Shown: positions 24,971 to 36,290 of the stretch, piece by piece | How positions within the stretch are numbered: position 1 is the first letter of the stretch | How the letters are laid out: each line of letters starts with the position of its first letter | Origin: Nemertoderma westbladi | Lineage: Eukaryota > Animalia > Xenacoelomorpha | DNA: 61,074 nt | Assembly: GCA_032718475.1 (NCBI GenBank) | Contig: JAUCBJ010009011.1 | Span: 1 to 61,074, forward strand | Direction: 5' to 3' | Notes under the pieces: generated by a model | Databases searched by the model: none | What the model was told of the DNA's origin: nothing | The model's input: the letters and a program-made list of their open reading frames with translations, nothing else | Translations under genes and position numbers: made by a program

Positions 24971-27900
24971 TGTTGGAGGGAAAGGTGTAAAGGTTCTGAC
25001 AAACTGTTTTATTATCTTCTCTCTAGTGGTATATAAATGAAACTGTAAGTGAGATTAGTAGATATATTTACATGCGCCATCCTGCGGTTGATATTAGTAT
25101 TTGTATTAGTCTAACAATACCCCCTCGCAATGAATGATACTTGCACTAACGTAACGCTAAGTTTGTATAACACACTCATGCAAATATATCTCGCGTAATT
25201 ATTTAATAATATATATATCTAAATATGTATAGTGTATTGTTTTCCACTTCTTAAAGTTTTTGTAACCGTATTAGTTCGTGGTGGATGATCTGTGTTCTGC
25301 GATACGGGTTGTATTATTTCTTCCCTTTCTCCTTCTCGACGTTGATGTGTCATTCCTTCTTGTAAACGACTTAATCTTGGTTGTCTATTTGTAGATGGAG
25401 GAAGTTGTAGACGTGTTCTTCTTTCTTCTTGATGTATCCACGGGGTGTTTCTTCTTCGTAGCTGATTTACGTTCCTTTTCAACTCGATATCTCCAATGCG
25501 AACTTTATACACTCGTGATCCTTGGTGAGCTATAATTTTCCCCGGTAACCAATGTTCTACAACCTGACCTCTTCCTTGCTTTGCGTAATTCTTTACCCAC
25601 ACAGCTTCGCCCGTGTCGAATTTTCCTTTTGTTTCTGTGTGAGGATTGACCGGATAGTTGATTAATCGTTGTAATCGGTTTTTAATCTGCGCTTTAAATA
25701 TTGTCGCATTTGGTGTAAAACCTGTAGGTGAGTAAATGGAATTTCTATCTTGTAATAGAAAGTCACTTATGCGATCGTACATTGGTTTATCATTTCCTTG
25801 TTTCTTGAGCGATTGTTTCATCGTTTGTACCATTCGTTCAGCTGCTCCATTTGATGATGGTGAATATGGTGCTGACGTCCAATGTGTAATTCCATTGTTG
25901 GTAAAGAATGTTTCAATCTCATTTGAAACGAATTGAGGTCCATTATCCGTAAATATAATTTCCGGTACTCCAATGAAAGATAGAATATTCTTCAATTGGG
26001 AAATTACTGCAGTGGATGTTGTAGTTTTCATTAATCGTATGTCTTTCCAACCTGAATAAACATCAACTAATCCTAATAGCTGACATCCTTCCAATTCTGC
26101 TAAGTCTATGTGGACTCTTTGGAAAGGTTCAGTTGACTTTTGTAATGGCGTGTACGTCTTTGATGGCGAATTGGCAAATTGCTGACAAGCAATGCATGAC
26201 TGTATGTAAAGTTTGATATCTTCTGCCATCCCTGGCTACCAACAAACTTCTGATGCTTGATGTACCATGCGTTTTTCACCAATATGAGCTGAATGAAGTT
26301 CATTTAGAATCTTCGTACGTAGTATTTCCGGAATAATAATACGCGTTCCATGTGTTATTATACCTTCATTAACTGCTAATTCATTTTCAATCGATTTGTA
26401 AAATCGTAATTGAGGTGTTCCTTTGATTCCATGAATACTTTCTCCACATTCAATAGCATTCTTTAGATGTCCTAAAGTACTATCAGTGTGTGTAGCTTCT
26501 CTGATATTTTGTTTACTTATAGGAAAGTCGTCAATAAGTTGTTTACGTTGTAAATCTATACTATGCAAATCAATATCGTCGTCGTAATATGTTGAAACTG
26601 ATGGCGGTGTAAGACGTGATAACGAATCTGTGATGTTCTCGTTTGATCTTACTGTCTCAACTGTGTAATCGTAAGCGGCTAACTCAACTGCCCAATGTTG
26701 TAATCGTGATATCGTTGTAACTGGTAATGATTTCGAAGGTGATAATATCCGTTTCAAAGGAGCATTATCTGTAATTAATTTGAATTTTCTTCCGAGCAGA
26801 TAGTGTTTGAATTTTCGTACACCAAATATTATTGCTAATCCTTCTCTATCTAACTGAGAATAAGCTTGTTGTCTTTTATCTAAGTTCTCAGATGCGAATG
26901 CAATCGGTTTAAATTCACCATCCTCGTCTTTTTGTCCAAGTATTGCTGATACTGTATATTCCGAAGCATCTGTTATAACTAATGGTATCCTATCTGGATT
27001 GTAATGGTGTAAAAGTGTTGCTTGCGCAATAGCTGTTTTAAGTAAGTTGTAACTTTCTGTAGCTTTCTCATTCCATGTAAATGTATTGCCTTGTAGTAAT
27101 TTATACAATGGATGGGATAATTCAGCATATTTGGGGATGTATTTTCGTAAATAATTCATTGTACCCATCACACTTTGTAATTCCTTTTTCGTGGAAGGTA
27201 TTTGTAACTCTTGTATTGCTGTCACTTTTCTTGGATCAGCCGTAAATCCCTTGTCATTTATTATGTGGCCACAGAATTCTATTTCTGTTTGCAGGAATTG
27301 ACATTTCTTGAGGCCTAAGGTTATCCCTGCTTGTTTGCATGCCTCAAAAACAGACTGTAATGTCTCGAAATGTTCCTGTATATTCGGTGATCCTATCAGA
27401 ATTTCATCAACATATGTTACTGATTTAGTTTCATGTAATACCCGGTTAACAACCTTTAAACATTTCGAAGCAGCAGGGGTGATCCCAAAGGGTAGTCTGG
27501 TTGGTTTCAATAAACCCAATGGTGTAGCTAATGTTAGTAACGTTTGACTGTTTTTATCTATGGGAAGCTGATTATATGCGGCTGCCATATCCAATTTTGA
27601 AAATATTTTGCTGCCTTGGAATTTCATAGATAACTCTTCAGTGGTTATGAGTGGAAATTGGTCTTCTATGAGGTAAGGATTAACTGTACTCTTGTAATCC
27701 CCACATATTCTCACTGAACCGTCTGGCTTTGGAGTTACCACCAAGGGTGTTGCCCATTCTATATTTTCGTTTAACTCAGGTGGAACTAATCTATGCTCTG
27801 CTATGTCGTGCTTTAACTGAGCAATGACCTTTTCCTTGAATGCCTGCGGTACCATTCTGGCCTGTAAAAATTTTGGTTTCGTATTCTCATCTTTTAAACG

Positions 27901-29664
27901 AATGCAGGTTTCTTGCCCTTTGTAACAGCCAATGCCTGTAAGAACGTCCCGATATTCTTCCAGTAAATTTTGTAGTCGTTTGTCGTAACCCTCAGAATTT
28001 ATCACTTGGTGTACCTTAGTAATATCCTGTTCTATCATGTCATCTATGCTGCAACCCATTAATTTCATTCGTTTGATCCAATACAAACCGAATAGTGGTA
28101 TGTGTTCACAATTTTCAGCAACAATAAGTGGCATTGCGATCAATTCTGGCGCATTCTCTATTTTCACTGTAACATAAATTACGCCTCGTATTTCCGCAAT
28201 CCCTTTGCAAAATCCTCGTAATTTTGATGTACATTCATGTAATTGTTCAATGCTGAATTTGTTTTTGTATATTTCGTATGATATGACACTGTGTTTTGCC
28301 CCTGGATCAAATTCCATTGTAAGAGGTATTTCATTAATTCGTGTTTGTAACACGATCGAATCCACTTTTGGAAGCTGTACTTTATCTATGGTATGTGGAT
28401 CGCTTATTTCCGTACTTTGCAAATATATGTTATCGTTGTTTCCTTCATTGTTATCTCCCATAACATTCTCAATGTCTACAGCATGGGATGTAGGTTTTTT
28501 GTCCTGAAAGCGAACACTTTTAGTCTTTTGTTTTTTAATGCACGCTTTTTCTACATGACCTTTTATGTTGCAAAATGAGCAAACAATGTTAGGATTTAGT
28601 CGACAATGGTTTGATTTGTGTCCTTGTTTCCCACACCGATAACATGTTATAGAATATTGATTGTAATTTTCTGTAGATTTGTAAGGTTTATATGAAGGAG
28701 ATCTTACCTTTGTATGGCGATATTTATCTTTCGGAAATCCTGAACTTTGTGTAGTGACGCGAAACGTGTCAAATTCTGGTCTCCTACCTGATTGTGCCAC
28801 TTTATATGCCTCTTCATAATTTTTTGCTGTAACCAAAGCTTCTGAAAATGAAATGTCTTTCGCGTGTATTAGTTCTGCTGCAACATGTTCGTCTCGTACC
28901 CCAGCAATTAGTTGTTCTCGTAAACGGTCATCTAATGCTTCTTGAAATTCGCAATTTCTTGAAATATTTCTTAGACGTTTGGCAAAATCCGTGATGTTTT
29001 CTCCCGATGCCTGAGTCGCTTGTATGAATCGTTTTCTTTCGACTTCTTTTGATTTACCTTTTCTGAAATATTTTGTAAGTGATTTTTCTAAATTTTCGAA
29101 TGGTTCTTTAGAAATGTCTGCTGGAAACATCAAATCAGATAGTAAATCTAAAGTTTGTAAACCACAATTAGCGATGAACATGTTTGTTTCAGCCTGTAAT
29201 ATTTCGTTCGGTTCCATTAAATTTCCATCGGCTCTTCTCCATGTAGTTGTACGTAGAATTGTATTGAACATTAATAGATAAGTGTCCCATCTATCTGAAT
29301 CTGGATTAAATGCCTTGCAAATGTTTGTAAATTTAGTTCCCATTGCAGGTGCGTTTGCCATTCTCGTAAGTTTGTACCGTAATTTGAGTTTGAGTTACAC
29401 AATCACAATTAATTATCAAAGTTAATTTGATTTGTAAGATTTCAAATTGTAATTTGAAATTAAATTATGTAATTAATATATGTAAAATGTGAATGTGAAT
29501 CTGTACTCGCAGCGCCAATGTTGGAGGGAAAGGTGTAAAGGTTCTGACAAACTGTTTTATTATCTTCTCTCTAGTGGTATATAAATGAAACTGTAAGTGA
29601 GATTAGTAGATATATTTACATGCGCCATCCTGCGGTTGATATTAGTATTTGTATTAGTCTAACA
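24971..29664 (-). mobile_element. Gypsy (Mag-like) LTR retrotransposon, 4.7 kb
   Basis: Two identical 146-bp TG...CA LTRs (24971-25116, 29519-29664), 5-bp TSD TTCTT, PBS TGGCGCTGCGAG and PPT GAGGGGG on the minus strand. Confidence 0.96.
25219..29361 (-). pseudogene. Gypsy gag-pol (two CCHC, protease, RT, RNase H, integrase) with one in-frame stop
   Basis: CYRCGKQGHKSNHC; FDPGA; VRICGDYK, LPFG, YVDE; TDAS; HIDL, TDNGPQF, SNGAAE. The two ORFs are in frame across CW*PGM at 26236. Confidence 0.93.
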
Positions 29665-29669
29665 TTCTT

Positions 29670-30275
29670 CACTGGAATCACCACCTTCGTTGTGTCCTTT
29701 GACAGGTCTATGGAAGTTTCATCAAAGTTCCACAAACAGTCGGGATGGATAATATCCAGAAAACCACCTGGTTTTGAAACAGCTATGCCAGCATCAATCA
29801 GTTCCTTTCTAACCATTCTGAAATAGTCACGGATATCATCAACTGTGACTGAAACTCGGCCTTTGTCCTGCCGTGCTGGATTTCTCAGCTTTAGATCAGG
29901 GTGACATTTTATAAATCCTTGAAACCAGTGATATTGGTGCGAATGATTATTATCAAACACGGGTGTATCATATTTCCCATGTTGAACATTGGCACTGTCT
30001 ACACAACGTGCATTAACATTACTATCCCTGGTGTCATTGGGTACCCCCGTATTGCAACATACTCCACATACGCTGCTAGAGCTGATTCATCTTCCTCAGA
30101 CAAGATCGTTGGAGCACCCAATTTGCAGTCAAGTTTTACTTTCCCGTGGACTCGATTTTGTAATGTAGTGCGAGGCACTCCCCAATCACGACCAGCAGTT
30201 TTGATGGGTACTTTCTTGTTTATAACTTCATCGTAGGCTGTTAACATGTCTCGGTTATCCCACTGTCGCCTTTTC
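29670..30275 (-). pseudogene. pogo transposase N-terminal part (psq HTH, CENP-B HTH, first catalytic D)
   Basis: TAGRDWGVPRTTLQNRVHGKV, WFQGFIKCHPDLKLR, LWNFDETS; frameshifted near 29990. Confidence 0.88.
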
Positions 30276-32814
30276 GCAATAATAAAACTTCAATATATAA
30301 CAGAATAAATAATACCAGAACAGAAGTTATAGTTCATATCCGTACCGTTGGTATTTTCGTATTGCAAAAATAAGACTATAAGTATGATATACCCTATGTT
30401 ATTGAGATATTGTTTATTGTTTTGGTTAGAAAAGCCCACCACTGTAACCTGCTCCTTTCCGTTAATTAAGTAATGGAGATTAGTTTATTGTTTTGGTTAG
30501 AAAACACCACCACTGTAACACCACCGGTACGCATATGAATGATAACCAGAACAGATATTGTAATTTACAAAATAAAGAGAGGTGCCTATATTATGGTAAC
30601 GTTTTTGATTGCTCATGATTCCTACCCAAAAACGGGCACCACGTACTAACTACAGAACGGAGTTGTGCTAAGGCCTAACCTATGTTGTTTCTGCAAGAAG
30701 TATATATTCAATATCTAAAAACACCACATACAACTATGATGGACCTACAGAATTGTGATTCAGCCTATGGTGCAATAAAATAGCCTACTACTAAAATAGC
30801 CAATCGCGGCTAAACATTTCCAAACACTCGTTTGCAAATAGAGTAGTGCCCATCTGGAACTCTCTTCCATCACATGTAGTAGATTCGGTATCAGTACAAG
30901 TTTTTACACGTAGATTATTAGGTGTCGATTTTTTGCAGTGGTGTCAATTTGACCGTTTTATGTAGTTTACTTAGAGAACGGTTTTATGTTTTATTTTTAT
31001 TTTCTCAAATGTAAATATAATGGCCCCTATAAGTGCCGAGTGCCTAGGTGGTCTTCCCCCTCTTATAATTACTTTTAATTTTAAATACGTAATTAACATG
31101 GTGCAACAAAATAAATGTATATCGTTCTTATTGTCAACTATACAGTACCGGTGATGTAATAATGTTCAATACCCGTTTTATAACATTTAATTTAAATTTA
31201 CTATTCTATGTTGCAGTGCCTCATTGTGGTTCACTTTATATCTGATGATTTTAATTGAAGTTAATTAAAGAGTGTATGAAACTGAAACTACTGTCGCTCG
31301 AGATTTCAGGCGACAGAAAAGCATCAGCTGATTTTCCCCAACAATTTATTGCATCATTACAGGCCCCAGGTCAAATAGCTGTTGACTAAACTTAAAAAGG
31401 GGTAAGTGGTCAACTTAGAAAACCTCATTTTGAATACTCAATACGAAAATTCAGCCAGATATATCAAAAAATGTTCAAGGGTGACCATATTTGGGTGTGC
31501 CTATATTCGGGTGTTGACGGTACAGTTTATGCAGTATTATATTGTACCACAGCAGTCTGTTAGGCTACTCTGGACAAAACGATATTGTAGGAGGGATATT
31601 ATAAACTTTGGGTGAGAGCAAGGAGTATAAGGTATAGCTCGCTTATTCTATAATATTATGGATTTACCATCAATTAATACTATGAGGTTTTATAGTTCGA
31701 ACTATCGAGAGAGTTCACCATTTATACACATGGGAGAAGCTATTATCTGTCTTTTTGAAGTAGAACATCCGAATTTGATGAAGAGTTTACTTCTACGATC
31801 CAGGATTTAAACAATCCATGTGATGTAGCTGGCTGTGTTGAAGCAGAATATGAAGAAAGCTACGAAGAAGGCATTGAACCTCCGGTACATCCTGTTACAT
31901 CATGTATTAACGACAAACAGTATAGCAGTGATGATGACAATGCATTGTTAATCTTTGTGGATAAGTCTAAGGTTTGTATAACATATGAATATTCCTACCT
32001 TATCACCGCTTTTTGTATTTTAGTTTAGTGATACTACAAATAATAAAGCACTGTATCCATCAGGCATCACGGACAGAACCAGGCCGTGTGAATTGTGCTT
32101 GATTACTACTCCTTGGGACCTCAGCACCAAGTACAGTTAAATAAAGTTCCAAAAGAATCCTGTAATCACTTCTTGGTTGCTTCATATGAAGCATTGGTTG
32201 TAAGAAAGATACTGCTTCTGTGATAAACTTTTTATCAACAGTCACATTTTCATCATTGAGAATTGTTGAATAATTATTGAGAATTGTTGAATAATTATTG
32301 AGAATCATGTGATCCCAGTTTGACTGAAATCGCTTGAACATTAGTATATCTGGGTCTGAGCTGGCAGGAAATTTACATCCATACTGATATACACGAAGTG
32401 GGGCCTTCGCGCAGCACGTGACTTAAATTTAATTTAAGTACTAATTCGAAAGTATTACTGTATTAGGATATTATTGGAATGTGGTGTGGAATGTTAGGAA
32501 TGTATATGAATCAGCAGTCCGGTAGAGGTTTACATATTTAAAAGAACTGCCGAAATATAAGTTATATGAGTATTATTTGTTATGATTTCTACCATTATAT
32601 TCTTCCACGCAAAGTTCCTAGTCCTATAGGTCCAATCAAAACATTCTGTATATTGCCAATGGTTCAACGTAATCAAAGAGACGACGCTAGACACGCACGC
32701 AGCCAATCCCAGTGAAAAATGCACGCAAATAAGTAGTCATAAGTGATAATTCTAGAAAGGCTTTTCTGCGAATGTAGGCTATAGTGTAATTCATTTCAGT
32801 ACCGGTCTGCCTAA

Positions 32815-32939
32815 CTGTCTGCACCAGGTGTCTGCACCAGGTGTCTGCACCAGGTGTCTGCACCAGGTGTCTGCACTAGGTGTCTGCACCAGTTGTCTGC
32901 ACCAGGTGTCTGCACCAGGTGTCTGCACCAGGTGTCTGC
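32815..32939. repeat. 13-bp minisatellite (TGTCTGCACCAGG) x ~9.5
   Basis: Directly visible tandem array. Confidence 0.95.
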
Positions 32940-33313
32940 TTAACGTTTACACCCCAATTCCGCTTGGTTTATATCTTGATTATCAATAAAATAGTAACGT
33001 GAAATATTTATGGAGCGTATATTTGAGAATGTTGAAATAATGCGTTTAGTAGTGTGACCAGCGTCTTGAATTTCCGCTTACCTCTAGCGGCAGACTGGAG
33101 AAATGCAGATCGACCACCTTCCTCAGAAAGACGCAGCATGTGCTCTAGTACATATGCCAATATTCACTTTAAATAAATTAATATCAAGGAATTGGGGACA
33201 GTTATACATTTCGCCCTCTAGCGGCAGACTGGAGGACTCCAGACCGTTTACTGCCCACCAAAGACTCAGGCCGACTTCTACTACATATCTGCTACGTTTC
33301 AGCTTGAACGGAT

Positions 33314-33851
33314 TGTTAGCTTATTCAATCCCGCCAACACCCCATAAAGTTATAAGCCGATAAGCAATATTGGGAGCCACGAGATTGGGCAATTAACCAA
33401 CTCGTGCCATCCCAATGAGAGTGGGAAGGAAGCACACAATAGAGGGTCAGGGGCCAAACCCCTAACCCAGGGAGAACAGGTGGAGTGAACGGGAATACTC
33501 CACGGGGCGCCAACAAGGGTATTAACCAATCAGAGGGGGGAATGGCATCGATTGAGTAGCAGTAAGGCCACCGTGCAATATAACCAATAACCTATTAATC
33601 AGTGATTCAGTTATCTCAGTGCAGCAGTGCTAGCGTAGGGTACAGCCAATTAGTTTAGTTAGGGGATCACGGGACTTTAGTTACCGTATCCCGCCTACCG
33701 TACAATTCACAGTATATCTATATCCTATAACCTATTATTATACACCGAACTTCAGAACTCAGTTATCTTTATTTCACTCTTATACACGGCGGGGACGCGT
33801 GGACTAAATACCACATCGGATAAATCGGGATCCCTCTTGGATCCCGTCACA
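33314..33851 (+). repeat. 5' LTR of the BEL element
   Basis: TGTTAGC...CGTCACA; no differences seen from the 3' LTR; terminal hairpin CGGGATCC-CTCTT-GGATCCCG. Confidence 0.97.
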
Positions 33852-33929
33852 GTAACTAAACCGAGCTGCCGCCCTAGTTAAACTCTAAGAACTGCAACCT
33901 AGCTAGCCGAATCATCAGCCACAAACGAG

Positions 33930-36290
33930 ATGAGTGAATCGGGCGAGACACCGACGCGGACCCCGGACGAAGACCTAACGATCCGCGAGGCCGCGACCAA
34001 ACGATACAGGCCCACGACGCCGGAGCCATCGATAACGGGCGAACCGGAAGCACAGGACGAGGAGGGCCTGGAACCCGAAGTCGAGCCAAGAGAGAGAGAG
34101 AGCGAGACGGAGGGAGAGGGAGATGAGTCGACACGGGACGGAGAACGGCGCGCCGATGTCGCCGGCCAGCTACCGGCCGAGGGCGACGAGCGGCCCACCG
34201 AAACGGCGACGGTGGGGCCGACGGTGCGACGCCGGACGCGAAGAGACGGAGGAGAGATCGGTACCGATGTCGCCGGCCAGCTACAGGCCGAGGGCGACGG
34301 ACGGCCCACCGGAACGGCGACGGTGGAGCCGCCGGTACGACGTCGGACCCGGAGGGACGGAGGAGAGGTCGGCGACGAGGACGTCGGGGTTTCTGAGCGA
34401 CTTCGACGGGCCTACAACGCGACCCGGAAGCTGATAAACGACGCCAAGAAGGAAGGGGCGAAGGTAGACGAGGTGAGACTGAGAAAGCGACTAGGTGAGT
34501 CGGATAGACACTTAAATTACCTAATACGTTTTGGGCAGAGAGAACTGGCCGGGGAGAGAGCAGAAAGGATAGCCGGCGAACTGTTTGAACTATGGGAGTG
34601 TGGGAGTATGGAACCTAGTGTAGCGCCAGTGTACATAGGGCCATACTTGGTCGATGCCCGGGGAGTAAAACCAGTGGGTTGGAGGGGACTCGAAGGGGGC
34701 GAATCCGAGGTTAACCCCGAGGATTCGGCCTCGTCGGTCGGAGAAAGCTCCGGGAGGCCGGGGAAAGTTAGTAGGTCGGGAAAGCGGGGGAAGTCCGTCG
34801 TAACCGATAAGTCTGTTACATCCTCCGCGAAAGAAAGAGTGGTGAGAGAGATAGGTGCCGCATACCGCCTCGACGTGGCAGAGCAAGGTCAGAAGGAAAT
34901 GGAGGAACGGCTAGAGGAGGGGAGAGCGCGGTTAGCGAGGGAAGCGGCATTGATTAAAGAGAACGGTGAGAGGGTCGAAAGGGCTTTGAGGAGCCTTAGG
35001 GAGAGTGACGAAATAGAGGAAAAGGAGTGTAGAGAGCGTGAGGCTAGGGAGGAAAGGGAACGCAGAGAGCGTGAGGCAAGGGAGGACGAGGAACGCAAGG
35101 AACGTGAGGCGAGAAGGGAAAAGGAACGCAAGGAATATGAGGCAAGAAGGGAAAAGGAACGCAAAGAACGTGAGGCGAGACGAAGGGAGAACGCTAGGAG
35201 TGTAGTAGAGTCGGCCAGACGGGACAGCCAGGAGAGTGAGGAGAGAGGGGCAAAGGCTGAGCGAGAGTTAAGGGAATTAGAGAAACGCCAAGGTGTATCG
35301 GCAAAAAATAAGATTAGACGGGCGCACGAGCTGGAATTGGTCCGAGTGTTGCCGTCTGAAAGCGGGGCCGGCTCGAGTATTTTTGAGGAGCCAGGAGCCG
35401 TAGACACGTTCATTAACACCCCACTGACAGGGACCGCACGACAGACCCAAAACTGGTGTAACCGTACGGGCGGGGGGGGTAATAATAATAATGGTATAGT
35501 AGACGTTGTTGATATTAATAGTACCGTATGGGACAACACTAATCAAACCTTTGTTGCAGGAAATACTTTGCCTAGTGGTAGTAATTTAAATTTAAATCAG
35601 AACAATCCCAATACTAATGTAGAAAATAATCCTAATGTTGATGTAGTTACGCAAAATAATTCAAATAATCAAAATAATAATCCGAATTCGGACCTACAAA
35701 ATAACTTAAATAACGCAATTACACAGAATAATTCGAATAATTTAAATAATGATTCTAGCCCGAATTTACAAAATAATTCAGATAACGTAGTCGCGCAGAA
35801 TAATACAAATGATTTTGTTTCAAATGAGCAAATTAATTCCGTTTCCAATATGGGTGCTATTAATGTAAACACGTCGGGCCTACGTAACCAGGGAGCAGAG
35901 GGCCTGGTAGGCCACGTAGTTAGTAGACAGGGAGCAGAGGGCCTGGTAGGCCACGTAGTTAGTAGACAGGGAGCAGAGGGCCTGGTAGGCCACGTAGTTA
36001 GTAGACAGGGAGCTGAGGGCCTGGTAGGCCACGTAGTTGGTAGGCAGGGAGTAGAGGGCCTGGTAGGCCACGCAATAGCAGAGGGAGAGGCGGGGGTGAA
36101 TGGACCCGACCGCAGTAGGGTCGATGTGTCGACTAGAGAGGTATATAATAGCGGGGAGAGAGGTAGCGAAGTTAGATGTAGCGAGTGGGGGGGGGGGCTA
36201 CGAGCACCCCACAACAGAAAGTTAGCGGCGAGAGGGGGGGGGCAGGGAGTGTCCCACAGCCGTCAGCGGATAATGCGAGGGCCGAAATAG
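33930..36290 (+). CDS. Low-complexity N-terminal part of BEL Gag (acidic repeats, E/R coiled coil, Asn-rich block, 13-aa repeats)
   Basis: ATG ~80 bp after the LTR; joins the next ORF by a -1 shift at the G11 run (36187-36197). Confidence 0.75.
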   Translation: MSESGETPTRTPDEDLTIREAATKRYRPTTPEPSITGEPEAQDEEGLEPEVEPRERESETEGEGDESTRDGERRADVAGQLPAEGDERPTETATVGPTVRRRTRRDGGEIGTDVAGQLQAEGDGRPTGTATVEPPVRRRTRRDGGEVGDEDVGVSERLRRAYNATRKLINDAKKEGAKVDEVRLRKRLGESDRHLNYLIRFGQRELAGERAERIAGELFELWECGSMEPSVAPVYIGPYLVDARGVKPVGWRGLEGGESEVNPEDSASSVGESSGRPGKVSRSGKRGKSVVTDKSVTSSAKERVVREIGAAYRLDVAEQGQKEMEERLEEGRARLAREAALIKENGERVERALRSLRESDEIEEKECREREAREERERREREAREDEERKEREARREKERKEYEARREKERKEREARRRENARSVVESARRDSQESEERGAKAERELRELEKRQGVSAKNKIRRAHELELVRVLPSESGAGSSIFEEPGAVDTFINTPLTGTARQTQNWCNRTGGGGNNNNGIVDVVDINSTVWDNTNQTFVAGNTLPSGSNLNLNQNNPNTNVENNPNVDVVTQNNSNNQNNNPNSDLQNNLNNAITQNNSNNLNNDSSPNLQNNSDNVVAQNNTNDFVSNEQINSVSNMGAINVNTSGLRNQGAEGLVGHVVSRQGAEGLVGHVVSRQGAEGLVGHVVSRQGAEGLVGHVVGRQGVEGLVGHAIAEGEAGVNGPDRSRVDVSTREVYNSGERGSEVRCSEWGGGLRAPHNRKLAARGGGQGVSHSRQRIMRGPK

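Larger units (their letters stand above)
22411..31520 (-). mobile_element. pogo/Tigger-family DNA transposon with PHD-finger transposase, containing a nested Gypsy
   Basis: ~26-bp TIR CCGTCAACACCC(A/G)AATAT(G/A)GGCA, TA TSDs at 22409-10 and 31521-22; subterminal CCCAAATATGGGCAC repeats. Confidence 0.92.

Noticed and set aside
31690-31975. Acidic coding-like stretch, possibly continuing the TTAA element at 20901
   Set aside because: No diagnostic motif or matching terminus to support it.
33325-33516. 63-aa antisense ORF duplicated at 47061-47252
   Set aside because: Identity simply reflects the two LTRs; non-ATG start and no motif.
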